Shown: piece by piece, positions 53,141 through 62,629 of the stretch
Layout: the number at the start of each line of letters is the position of its first letter
How positions within the stretch are numbered: position 1 is the stretch's first letter
The notes under the pieces: model-generated
Told to the model about the DNA's origin: nothing
Databases searched by the model: none
What the model saw: the letters and a program-made list of their open reading frames with translations, nothing else
Source: an uncultured Acidobacteriota bacterium
GTDB lineage: Bacteria; Acidobacteriota; Thermoanaerobaculia; Gp7-AA8
Direction: 5' to 3'
Length of the DNA: 64,000 nt
Assembly (NCBI GenBank): GCA_963741955.1
Contig: CAVUKB010000007.1
Location: forward strand, 28,246-92,245
Translations under genes and position numbers: made by a program

Positions 53141-55204
53141 TCAGGCGACGTCGATCATCGAACGGTTGTGCTGGATGAATTTCTCGAAGAGAACCGGAGC
53201 GAGTGGACGACTGAAGAGAAATCCCTGAAGCCGGTCACAGTCGCTTCGCTTGAGGAAATCGAGCTGACCGAGCGTTTCGACTCCCTCGGCGAGGACCATC
53301 AGCTTGAGACTGTGTGCCATGGCGATCACCCCGCTCGCGATCGCTCCATCTTCAGGCACGGTGATCTCTCGCACGAAGGATTGATCGAGTTTCAGCGTGT
53401 CCACCGGGAACTGCCGCAGATAGCTGAGGGACGAGTAACCGGTGCCGAAGTCGTCGATCGCGATCCGTACTCCGAGCTCCTTCAGCTCCCGGAGAATGCG
53501 GATGCTGGCCTGCACGTCCCGCATCGCGCTGCTCTCGGTGATCTCCAGCTCGAGATAGCGAGCACGCAATCCGCTCTCCTCGAGTGCTTCGCGGACGTGC
53601 TCGATCAGATTCGATTCGTGGAACTGTCGGGCCGAGAGATTCACACAGACGATCAGATCGAAGCCGAGTTGACGCTGCCATCCGCGGGCCTGCGCGCACG
53701 CCTCCTTCAAGACCCACTTTCCGATCGGTACGATCAGACCGGTGCTCTCCGCCGTGGAAATGAACGACTCGGGAAGCAGCAGGCCACGGGTGGGATGTTG
53801 CCATCGGAGGAGGGCTTCCAGGCCGAATACGCGTCCCGACGCGAGGTCGATCAGCGGCTGGTAGTGAAGCGAGAATTCGCCGCGACCGAGTGCGCGACGG
53901 AGATCGTTCTCCAGCTCGAGGAGTTCCAGCGAACGGGCATTCATCGACGGGGTGTAGAACTGGAAGTTGTCGCGTCCCTGCTCCTTGGCCCGATACATCG
54001 CGGTGTCGGCGTTCTTCACCAGGGTCTCGATGTCGTTGCCGTCGTTGGGGAAAACGGCGATGCCGATACTGCTGGTGACCACCACCTCCCGCTGGCCTGC
54101 CCGGAACGGAAGGGCGAGAGCATCGAGAGTCTTCCGGGCGACTTTTCCGGCATCCTGGATATTGCCGTTGATCTGGGTGAGGATCACGAACTCGTCTCCG
54201 CCGAAGCGGGCCACGGTATCGTCCTGCCGAACGACCTTCCGGATGCGCTCTGCCACGGTCTTCAGGAGAGTGTCGCCGACCGAGTGGCCGAGGGAGTCGT
54301 TGATGGTCTTGAACCGATCGAGGTCGAAAAAGAGGATCGCGAGGCGGTGACCGTGCCGGGTGGCGTGAGCCATCGCGACGATCAGACGATCGAAGAAGAG
54401 CGCGCGGTTCGGGAGCCCGGTCAGGAGGTCGTGATACGCGATGTGCTCGACCTGAGATGCGGCGAGTACGGCGGCTTCCCTCTCGTCCTCCAGGAGCGAG
54501 ATGGTGATGCCGAGAGCGATCGCTCCCTGGAACACCAGATCGGTGATTCCGAACCGGATCGAGAGGGCGAGATTGCCTCCCTCGATCGCGTCGTGGAGAA
54601 AGACGCCCGACTGGGCGATCTGCACGGCGCCCCAGATGAGAAGTGAGATGGAGAAGAGAGCGAAAGGCGTGCTCTCTCCACGGTGGCGGCTGCGCCAGAT
54701 CCACCACCCTCCGAGACCAGCAGCCGCGCCGGCGAGAAACGAGTGAATGCCGAGCTGAAAGAATGTCTGCATCGCCGCATCCTGGCGTGCACCGAGAGTG
54801 ACCAATGCATTGACGGCTCCTGCCGCCGACAGGAGGATGATGATCCTGCGCGTTTCCAGTCGCGTCACGGGCCGGAATCGGGCGAGATCGCGACAGGCGA
54901 AGACGAGCCATCCGAGCTGGAGGAACCCGGCGATGGATGCGCCGAGTCCGGATAGAAAACGGAACGGATGTGCAGGGGCGTAGCCGGGGGCGAGAAGAAG
55001 CCAGACCGTGGTCAGGAGGGCGAAGCCGAGAAGGGCGGCGGAACTGTAGAGCCAGTGAAGGAGATACGGCTTGGAATGCCGCCTTCTCAGCGCGAGAACG
55101 AGCAGAACCACCGCCAGGGCTCCGGCGGCATCCAATCCCTGGGTCGCCAGCTCCATCAGGCGATCCGGCCCCATCTCTCCCGCCCGGGCGATCCACGACG
55201 GCAC
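53141..55204 (-). CDS. Membrane-anchored GGDEF-EAL protein (diguanylate cyclase/phosphodiesterase) with N-terminal 7-8 TM sensor domain
   Basis: GGDEF region RFGGDEFVIL. EAL motifs QPLIDLASGRVFGLEALLRW and DDFGTGYSSL. Start uncertain: GTG at 55204 or ATG at 55156. Confidence 0.85.
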   Translation of the reverse strand: MPSWIARAGEMGPDRLMELATQGLDAAGALAVVLLVLALRRRHSKPYLLHWLYSSAALLGFALLTTVWLLLAPGYAPAHPFRFLSGLGASIAGFLQLGWLVFACRDLARFRPVTRLETRRIIILLSAAGAVNALVTLGARQDAAMQTFFQLGIHSFLAGAAAGLGGWWIWRSRHRGESTPFALFSISLLIWGAVQIAQSGVFLHDAIEGGNLALSIRFGITDLVFQGAIALGITISLLEDEREAAVLAASQVEHIAYHDLLTGLPNRALFFDRLIVAMAHATRHGHRLAILFFDLDRFKTINDSLGHSVGDTLLKTVAERIRKVVRQDDTVARFGGDEFVILTQINGNIQDAGKVARKTLDALALPFRAGQREVVVTSSIGIAVFPNDGNDIETLVKNADTAMYRAKEQGRDNFQFYTPSMNARSLELLELENDLRRALGRGEFSLHYQPLIDLASGRVFGLEALLRWQHPTRGLLLPESFISTAESTGLIVPIGKWVLKEACAQARGWQRQLGFDLIVCVNLSARQFHESNLIEHVREALEESGLRARYLELEITESSAMRDVQASIRILRELKELGVRIAIDDFGTGYSSLSYLRQFPVDTLKLDQSFVREITVPEDGAIASGVIAMAHSLKLMVLAEGVETLGQLDFLKRSDCDRLQGFLFSRPLAPVLFEKFIQHNRSMIDVA

Positions 55205-55387
55205 CGCCGAGTCGCTCTCGTTTTCATTTCAGAAAACCACCCGTCCCATCCCGACACCAGAGCTGCCTCGCCGCAGCCTGTGCGAGCGCTGCAGGTACGG
55301 TCCGTTGGATTGTAGCAATGTCGCTTCGAATTTTCAGATTATTTTTCGAGAGGTATTTTCCTTCATTTTGAACCGACTGCCCAAACA

Positions 55388-55418
55388 GAAAAGGCAGGTG
55401 CGTACACCTGCCTTTTGC
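55388..55418. terminator. Rho-independent terminator (bidirectional)
   Basis: aaaaggcaggtg-cgta-cacctgcctttt perfect 12-bp stem flanked by A and T runs, 20 nt after the stop of the 55439..56065 gene. Confidence 0.8.
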
Positions 55419-55438
55419 GACATCTTCGGGAAAGGATC

Positions 55439-56065
55439 TCAGCTGTTCTGATCTTTCGCTTTATCGGCCTGCTTCTGCACCGGAGCGGGAGTGGCAGCCG
55501 GGGCGGTGGTGTTCGCCTTCGCAGCCGCGGGTGCACTCTCCTTCACCTCGAACGACCCGAACGAGTTCGTGATCTCGGGCGCCTGCCGCGTCGACTGATC
55601 GAATCCGAGATAGATCAGCTGAAACATCGAATCGTTGGAAATGACCAGATCGGTCCGGGCGAAGATCGGACGTGGCGAGCTCGCGGAATAGAGAATGCTC
55701 CGTCCCGGATGACCCTCGAATTCCTTCTTGCTCTCGTTTTCGAGAGTGGCGTTGAGGCTCTTGAGAAGAGAATCACGGCCGCTGTCCATCATCGCTTTCG
55801 GATCGAGAATTTTTCCGGGCATCTTACTGAGCGAGACGATGAACGCCGAACCGTCCTTCGCTTTCGAGACCCAGGTGGTCTGTTTGATCGGGCCGTTCGG
55901 CGAAGCGACGGTCTGCTCCTGCTTCGCGAACTGGCCGAATCCGGCCGGCAGGGTCAGCGTGAACTGCGAGTTGTCGACGTGCGGTCCGGTCTCTGCGATC
56001 GCCGCGGGAACGACGAGTGCTCCGGTCAGGAGCAACGCCGGAAGGGTTCTGCGAAACGGAATCAT
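55439..56065 (-). CDS. Secreted hypothetical protein with Ala/Pro-rich C-terminal tail
   Basis: Signal peptide MIPFRRTLPALLLTGALVVPAAIA. Confidence 0.5.
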   Translation of the reverse strand: MIPFRRTLPALLLTGALVVPAAIAETGPHVDNSQFTLTLPAGFGQFAKQEQTVASPNGPIKQTTWVSKAKDGSAFIVSLSKMPGKILDPKAMMDSGRDSLLKSLNATLENESKKEFEGHPGRSILYSASSPRPIFARTDLVISNDSMFQLIYLGFDQSTRQAPEITNSFGSFEVKESAPAAAKANTTAPAATPAPVQKQADKAKDQNS

Positions 56066-56325
56066 GATGGGCTCCTCTCCCTCTGTTGATCGAACTTGAT
56101 TGATTCGAATCGGTGACAACAACCACCGAGACCGGACTTAATCCTCGGGGACGCAGTTCGCTATTCCCGGCATTTTTCCCGTGTTGCTCCGAAGGCTGCA
56201 AAAGCTGTCGCGGAAGGGGTTAGGTCGCACGGGCGCACTTCTCCGGCCGCTTTCCATCCGTGACGGGTCACAATCTTCGGTGACTTTGGTCCTCCCTGGC
56301 GGGGTCCGGAGAGTTTACCGTATCT

Positions 56326-56460
56326 TCAGAGCCTGCGGGGCAGAAAACGTCCTGCTGAGACAGCGGATCAGCGGTCCGGATCGCTCCGGAACTCCGGCGC
56401 GCACCCGGCCGCGCTGCTCCTCTTTCTCGCAACGGGATTTCTGGCGTGCAGGATCCTGCA
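56326..56460 (+). mobile_element. Degenerate A-type MITE-like sequence upstream of, and overlapping, the 5' end of the 56488 gene
   Basis: gcctgcggggcagaaaacgtcctgctgagacagcggatcagcggtcc... is about 70% similar to the MITE consensus. Confidence 0.4.
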
Positions 56461-56487
56461 CCGCTGGTCGCAGAAGAGGGATTCAGC

Positions 56488-57891
56488 ATGATGAAAAAAG
56501 TTCCGGACACCATCGATCAGACGGTTTCTCCCGATGCGGAGCTCCTCGCCGCCGACAGAGACGCCGTGTCGCTTCGTGACTCGGAATTCAGTCGTCTGGT
56601 CCGATCCGGCGAGACTTACGTCGACTACACCGGCGCAGCTCTCTACCCGGAGTCGCTCGTCCGCGATCACCACGCGCTGCTGCTGGAGGAGGTCTCGGGA
56701 AATCCGCACTCGACGAGCCCGGCCGCCGCCCGTTCGACCCAGCGGCTCACCGGGACGCGCGATCGCATTCTCGCGTTCTTCAACGCACCGACCGACGAGT
56801 ACGAGGTGATCTTCACTCCGAACGCGTCGGGCGCTCTTCGCATCGTCGGCGAAGCGTACCCGTTCGGATGCAACGGGCGGTACCTGCTGACCTCGGACAA
56901 CCACAACTCCGTCAACGGCATTCGTGAATATGCCCGCGCGCGCGGTTCCGACGTCCGCTACATCCCGATCACCCTCTCGGATCTGCGCCTCGACGCGGCC
57001 GTCCTCGCCGCGGAGCTCGAGGGAGGGTGCCGTGTTTCGCCACGTCTGTTCGCGTATCCGGCTCAGTCCAACTTCTCCGGCGTGCAGCATTCCCTCCAAT
57101 GGATCGAGAAGGCGCACCAATGCGGGTGGGACGTGCTGCTCGACGCCGCAGCCTTCGTTCCGACCAACCGGCTCGATCTGTCGCTCCACAAGCCGGAATT
57201 CGCGGTGGTCTCCTTCTACAAAATGTTCGGCTATCCGACCGGGATCGGTGCGCTCATCGCCAAGCGATCCGCGCTCGCGCGGCTGCACCGTCCATGGTTC
57301 GCCGGAGGGACCATCACCGTGGCGTCCGTGAAGGCAGAGCGCTACGCGCCGGCGCGCGACGAGGCCGCGTTCGAAGACGGTACCCAGGATTTCCTTTCCA
57401 TCCCCGCGATCGCTCTCGGCCTCGATTACCTCGAACGCCTCGGAATCGATCGAATCCATCGGCGGGTGGAGCTTCTCACCGGCTGGACCCTTCGGGAGCT
57501 CGAATCGCTCCACCATGCGAACGGCAGTCCGCTGGTGCACATCTACGGTCCGCTCGGCTCGGAAGAGCGCGGAGGAACCATCGCGCTGAATGTATTCGAC
57601 GCGTCGGGCGAAATGGTGGATCACCGGGTGGTCGAAGCTCTCGCGTCTCGTGCCGGCATCTCACTACGGACCGGCTGCTTCTGCAATCCCGGTGCGGGAG
57701 AGACGGCGCTGGAGATACCCAAACAGCGGATCGTCACCTGCTTCGAGGAGTCCGACGGGAGGCTCACGCTCGATGACTTCAAGGTCTGCCTGCACGGCGG
57801 CAGCGGCGCGGTCCGGATCTCGTTCGGATACGCGAGCGTCCTCGAGGACGCTCGGCGGGTCGTGGAGTTCGTCTCGCGATTCCTCGACTGA
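56488..57891 (+). CDS. Aminotransferase class V, molybdenum cofactor sulfurase (MOCOS) NifS-like domain family
   Basis: VSFYKMFGYPTGIGAL and full-length PLP-fold similarity. About 467 aa. Confidence 0.7.
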   Translation: MMKKVPDTIDQTVSPDAELLAADRDAVSLRDSEFSRLVRSGETYVDYTGAALYPESLVRDHHALLLEEVSGNPHSTSPAAARSTQRLTGTRDRILAFFNAPTDEYEVIFTPNASGALRIVGEAYPFGCNGRYLLTSDNHNSVNGIREYARARGSDVRYIPITLSDLRLDAAVLAAELEGGCRVSPRLFAYPAQSNFSGVQHSLQWIEKAHQCGWDVLLDAAAFVPTNRLDLSLHKPEFAVVSFYKMFGYPTGIGALIAKRSALARLHRPWFAGGTITVASVKAERYAPARDEAAFEDGTQDFLSIPAIALGLDYLERLGIDRIHRRVELLTGWTLRELESLHHANGSPLVHIYGPLGSEERGGTIALNVFDASGEMVDHRVVEALASRAGISLRTGCFCNPGAGETALEIPKQRIVTCFEESDGRLTLDDFKVCLHGGSGAVRISFGYASVLEDARRVVEFVSRFLD

Positions 57892-57995
57892 TCCCGTGCG
57901 GACTCCGGCTGGTTTCTACCCGATAATGAAAACACATATCGACTTATGATATGTGCGAGTAAGTATACGCTCGGCTAAAGATATTCTTTATCTCT

Positions 57996-58032
57996 GAATG
58001 TCGTCCGGTGCCGGGAGTCTGCGCAGTAGGAT
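57996..58032. repeat. Minimal solo-TIR element: A-type left and right TIRs back-to-back (ggagtctgcgcagtag-gatg-gtttctaccgcgcag)
   Basis: Seen directly. Preceded by another TIR-like fragment (ggtttctacccgat at about 57912) and a low-GC hairpin island. Confidence 0.55.
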
Positions 58033-58058
58033 GGTTTCTACCGCGCAGCCTTCAGTAG

Positions 58059-60383
58059 CTACGATTCGGTCCGGAAGTAGACCGTGTCGAACTGGCTGCA
58101 CTGCTGGCAGCGTCGCGACACGATCGTGAGCGGGTGTCCGAGATAGCGGGCGGTCTGACGCATCTCGCTGCCGGGAGGAAACTCCGCGCCGCAGGGGCAG
58201 GGGCGGACCGCGAGGAGAGCCCCGACCTCCGCGCTGCCGGAGACCGGAATCGGAGAGGCCGGAGTTCGACCGTCCGGTGCGTCTTTCAGCTCGGAGAGAC
58301 GAGTGGATCTCCGCGGAGTTCCCCCTCCGCGCTGCGCGAACGAAGAGGCCAGCTTCCAGCCGGCGAACAGCGCGCCGCCGAGGATCAGGAGCGATACGAT
58401 TGCCACGCCCCCGGCGAGTACCGGGAAGGAGGGAGTCATCGACGCGGCGACCGGCGCCGGAACATCGTCACGAAGCTCGTAGTCGAGCACTGCTCGCGCC
58501 TTGTCCACGTGGTCGAGGAACTCCGGGATGCGCTTCCGCGGAACGGAATCGGAGAGGCTCCGGTAGCGGTAGCGCAGCCGCAACATCCTCTCGCTGACCG
58601 TAGAGTCGAACCAGAACCGGAACGCCGGGTCATCGACCTCGAGGTGCTCGGGATGAATCGAGAGCCGGCGTGGGAGCTCGACCCGGATCTCGTGCACCAC
58701 GTGAGCGGGGTGGATCAGCCCGTACGGCCCGGAGCGCTGGACGGACGCGGGGCGGGAGAGCCAGTCGTCCATGGCCCACGCGAAGAGATCCCTCCGGTGA
58801 TTCTTCCAGAACGACGGAATCGAGTAACGCTCGGTGACGACGATTCTGTTGGCCGACCTGTCGTCTTTCACCACCGGGCGCTCGAGCGCGGTCACCTTCG
58901 CATCGAACTGTGCGTAATGGTTGACGTAGTTCCGGGCGAGCTCCGCGTTGGAGGTGGAGTCGAAGTAGCCGCGCATGTCATCGGCGTCTTCTCCGGTGTA
59001 AACGCTCTTCACCTCGAGCTCTGCTCCGGCTCCTCCCTCTCCCACGCGATAAATCTCTTCGATGGAGGTCGTGGGCCGCGGCATCTCCGGCGGAGGGATC
59101 GGTACCAGAGCCGTGGTCGTGCGGTCGACGAGGAGCGCGCGTCCGAAATCGGGCGGCGCCAGTGCATCGAGGGATCCCCCTTCGTCGGAACGGGTCGCAT
59201 CGATCCAGTGCGAACGGCCGTCGAGCACGACGTGGACGATCACGTGATCGAACGCGAATGGTGAGGGAAGGACCTCGTCGAGCGTTTCGCGAGCGGTGGT
59301 GTTCACCAGGGCTGGCCGGGCCTGGAATCCGAGTTTCTGCAACAGGACCGTCAGGAGGAGCGCCTTGTCCTTGCAGTCACCGAAGCGCTGCCGGAGCACC
59401 TGGTCCGGCGGATGCGGCTGATGGGTGTTGGGACCGATCTCGATCCCGAGATAGCGGATCTGATCCTGCACGAAACGGACGGCGGCGAGGACTTTCCCCT
59501 CGTCCGTCGATTCGCCGGTCGCGATCGATCGCGCCAGTGCGGTCATCCGGCTGCCACCGTTCCCGGCGTGGTCGAAGAGGTCGGAAGCCCATCGCGCAAC
59601 TTCGTTCCAGTCCCGGAATTCCGAGAGCTCCACCCGGGGGAAGGGATCGAACCAGACCGGTGTGTCGCTGTCCCACTCGATTGCGGGAACATCGTCTGCG
59701 GCCCAGGTCCAGGAGTGGAACGTCCCTTCGCGACGGACGCTTCCGGGGATCTTCGACTGGAACTCGCGGGGAGTGATCGTACGTCCGGCCGGGATGAGAG
59801 CTCTCGCATAGAGTCGCGCGACGGGAACCTGATACCCGAGATCGAGCTCGCCGGCGAATCGTCCATGGAGGATCGGATTCGCGCCGCGAAGCGAGTACGC
59901 GTAGTCGACGATGTCTCCCGGTCGAAGGTCGCGGAGAAAGAAGAGGGCAGTGAGGGTGCCGTCGTACATCCGTTCGGATCGATCACGCTCCCGTTCGATG
60001 ACCCTCACCTGCTCCGGAGAAAACGCGCGGATCCGGCGGCCGTCGCGGATGATGTCGACGAAATGGATGGTCAGGCTCTGCCAGGTCGGATCGAAGTCGA
60101 AGTGAAGCTCCGAGAAATTCCGGACGCCGCTGCTCGAGACGATCTTTCTCGCCCGGCGGACCCACCTCTCCGTCGTCCGCCCGATTCGGATCTGGTCGTC
60201 GACGAGCAGATGCCACGTGCCGTCGCTGATCTGCCCCGCCGGTTCGGCTTTCGTGGCCGGAAGATCGACGCGGGTGATCCAGTCGGGAGGTGGCGCGACG
60301 GAGAAAGGACGTCCGGCCGCGAGAGCGCCTGGTGCGGGGAGAAGAATGGCCAGAAGTGAGAGCAGAAGAGGAAGGCGTCGCAT
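58059..60383 (-). CDS. Secreted DUF3857-like / transglutaminase-like cysteine protease domain protein with a C-terminal TM helix and a cytoplasmic Cys4 zinc-ribbon-like tail
   Basis: Transglutaminase core RFGDCKDKALLLTVLLQKLGFQARPALVN. Signal peptide MRRLPLLLSLLAILLPAPGALA. TM helix VLAGGVAIVSLLILGGALFAGW. Tail motifs CPCG...CQQC. Confidence 0.65.
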   Translation of the reverse strand: MRRLPLLLSLLAILLPAPGALAAGRPFSVAPPPDWITRVDLPATKAEPAGQISDGTWHLLVDDQIRIGRTTERWVRRARKIVSSSGVRNFSELHFDFDPTWQSLTIHFVDIIRDGRRIRAFSPEQVRVIERERDRSERMYDGTLTALFFLRDLRPGDIVDYAYSLRGANPILHGRFAGELDLGYQVPVARLYARALIPAGRTITPREFQSKIPGSVRREGTFHSWTWAADDVPAIEWDSDTPVWFDPFPRVELSEFRDWNEVARWASDLFDHAGNGGSRMTALARSIATGESTDEGKVLAAVRFVQDQIRYLGIEIGPNTHQPHPPDQVLRQRFGDCKDKALLLTVLLQKLGFQARPALVNTTARETLDEVLPSPFAFDHVIVHVVLDGRSHWIDATRSDEGGSLDALAPPDFGRALLVDRTTTALVPIPPPEMPRPTTSIEEIYRVGEGGAGAELEVKSVYTGEDADDMRGYFDSTSNAELARNYVNHYAQFDAKVTALERPVVKDDRSANRIVVTERYSIPSFWKNHRRDLFAWAMDDWLSRPASVQRSGPYGLIHPAHVVHEIRVELPRRLSIHPEHLEVDDPAFRFWFDSTVSERMLRLRYRYRSLSDSVPRKRIPEFLDHVDKARAVLDYELRDDVPAPVAASMTPSFPVLAGGVAIVSLLILGGALFAGWKLASSFAQRGGGTPRRSTRLSELKDAPDGRTPASPIPVSGSAEVGALLAVRPCPCGAEFPPGSEMRQTARYLGHPLTIVSRRCQQCSQFDTVYFRTES

Positions 60384-60462
60384 CAGCGATTCCGATCGGC
60401 AGGTCAAGATCGGGACGATTATAGATCGCCCTCGCTCCGAACCGCTCCGTCCGGGGACGGTT

Positions 60463-62502
60463 TCATCGGACGCTCATCCGGCGGGGAGCCTGGTCGAAGA
60501 TCTCCACTCGGTTCTTCCCGTTCCGCTTTGCGACGTAGAGAGCTTCGTCGGCCCGCACCAGCGCCTCTTCTTCCGTGCAGAGTTGATCGGGCGAGGCGAG
60601 GCAATACAGACCGAAACTCAAGGTGACCAGCAGAGTGACCGGAGCGATCTGGTCCAGATCGACTTCCCTCGTCTCGATCTCCGCGCGCAGTTCCTCGAGG
60701 TGCCGGTAGGCGCCGTCGCGCGGAGTATCGGGAAGGACGAAGACGAACTCCTCCCCGCCGAAGCGGGCGACGATGTCCGTCGACCGGGACCGTTCCGAGA
60801 ACGCCCGCGCGATCGCTCGGATCACCACGTCCCCCGCGTGGTGGCCCCAGGTGTCGTTGATCTGTTTGAAATCGTCGATATCGGCGAATGCGATGGCGAG
60901 AGGGTGGAACGAGCGGGTTGCGCGTCGAAGCTCCTCACGCAGCCTCTCCACCGCGACCTGCCTCCGCGGGAGGCGGGTCAGCGGGTCGTGCGTTGCGAGA
61001 TCGAACAGCCGCGCATTCTCGAGCATGGCCGACGCCTGTTGCGCGATCTGGTCGAGAATCTCGAGGTCGTCCCGATCGAGCGCTGCTCCACGGCCGAGCT
61101 TTCCGAGTGCGAGCACCGCCACCAGCCGGTCCTTTAGGCGGACCGGCACGACGTATTCGGTCTCGAGAAGATCGAGCATGCCGCGCAGTTCGGCCGGCTC
61201 GTCGTCCGATTCGAAGCGCCGCATCGGAACCCTCGGCCGGAGGCTCGACCAGTTCTGCAGCTCCTCGGCCGTCAGGACGACATTGCGCGCAGTTTCGTCG
61301 CCGGTCATTCGACCCGAGATCGCCCGCACCCGGTAGTACTCTCCCCCCTGATCGGCGAGCAGCAGCGCCGCACCGCGCAACGAGAGCGACGTATGGATCC
61401 GTTCGATCAGGTGAGCGGCGGCCTCGTCGATCTCCGTGAACCCGGCCAGCTCTCCGATCAACGACGCCTCGAGGCGGCGGAGGGCGATCTTTTCGCTGAA
61501 CAATGCCTGATCGATCCGGCTCTCGACTGCTCGCGAAAGAGGTTGAAAGAATGCTCCTCCGATGAAGAAGAGGAGCGCGATCCACCAGAGGGTGATGTGG
61601 ATCCCGAGGACGTGAGCGGCGAACAGACCGATCAGGGCGCCGGCCAGATAGACGCTCGCGCCGAGCATCCCCATCGTCAGGACGTAGATGAGGCCTCGCC
61701 GGAGAAACGACCCGAGATCGAAAAGGTGGAAGTGAAAGATCGATACGTAGAATCCCGCCGGAACGAGCATCACTGCGAATGGCTCGATCACCCCGGCTGC
61801 GGTGTCGCGCCACGCCGGGATGAAGAGCCATGCGGTGATGTTCGCCGCCCACGGAAGGATTCCCGCGAGAACCACCAGAGCCTGAAGCCGCCCTTCCCGC
61901 GTCTCTTCCCGTCGCGCGGCCGACTGGAGGAGCCAGACGCTGATGCAGGCCCCGGCGACGTACGCCGAGAGCGACATCTCTGCGCGAACCTGGAGCGCAG
62001 AGGGAAGTGTCACTCCGAACCATGCGCTTCCCCGTGATGCAGAGAAAACGAGAAGCCAGCTCACGACGGTCAGGAGAGCCCCGGTCGCATACGTGCCGCC
62101 GACGATCCAGCGATGGCGCCGCGTGATCGGGTTCGCACGCGGAATCAGCGACGCCATGTGGACCACGACTGCGAAGTTCATCATGTAGACGGAGGAATAG
62201 AGGAACAGCAGAAGGTCGTCCCATGCCGATGCGCCGGGGCGGATGACCGCGGCATCGAAGAGGATGGTCAGCGAAACGGCGAAGCCGGTGAACATGAAGA
62301 GAATGACGCGAGGATCGCGGGGACGCCGTACGACGGCGGCGACGGTGAGTCCCCCGTACAGGAGGAGTGTCGCTGCGTAGATCGCCCAGGTTACGCGCAC
62401 GTCTTCTGTTCCGAGCGCGTAGCTCGGAAGAACGACGAGCGCGAACGCAACGCCATAGAACAGGAGCGTTGCGGCGACGGCACTTTTCCCGGACCGTAGC
62501 AT
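60463..62502 (-). CDS. Membrane-integrated diguanylate cyclase (multi-TM sensor, GAF-like linker, GGDEF)
   Basis: RFGGEEFVFVLP GGDEF motif. RxxD I-site-like region. About 10 N-terminal TM helices. ATG at 62502. The 771-aa track ORF is an extension. Confidence 0.8.
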   Translation of the reverse strand: MLRSGKSAVAATLLFYGVAFALVVLPSYALGTEDVRVTWAIYAATLLLYGGLTVAAVVRRPRDPRVILFMFTGFAVSLTILFDAAVIRPGASAWDDLLLFLYSSVYMMNFAVVVHMASLIPRANPITRRHRWIVGGTYATGALLTVVSWLLVFSASRGSAWFGVTLPSALQVRAEMSLSAYVAGACISVWLLQSAARREETREGRLQALVVLAGILPWAANITAWLFIPAWRDTAAGVIEPFAVMLVPAGFYVSIFHFHLFDLGSFLRRGLIYVLTMGMLGASVYLAGALIGLFAAHVLGIHITLWWIALLFFIGGAFFQPLSRAVESRIDQALFSEKIALRRLEASLIGELAGFTEIDEAAAHLIERIHTSLSLRGAALLLADQGGEYYRVRAISGRMTGDETARNVVLTAEELQNWSSLRPRVPMRRFESDDEPAELRGMLDLLETEYVVPVRLKDRLVAVLALGKLGRGAALDRDDLEILDQIAQQASAMLENARLFDLATHDPLTRLPRRQVAVERLREELRRATRSFHPLAIAFADIDDFKQINDTWGHHAGDVVIRAIARAFSERSRSTDIVARFGGEEFVFVLPDTPRDGAYRHLEELRAEIETREVDLDQIAPVTLLVTLSFGLYCLASPDQLCTEEEALVRADEALYVAKRNGKNRVEIFDQAPRRMSVR

Positions 62503-62629
62503 TGACCGATATCGGGGCGGATGCTGCGAGTGTAGACCACACCGGAGTGGCGCACAAGAAAGTCGTGATGCGCCCGGGGCGCCGAAGCTGGCTGACGATT
62601 TGCTTCGAAAGACCGATTCTGAGGGACGA

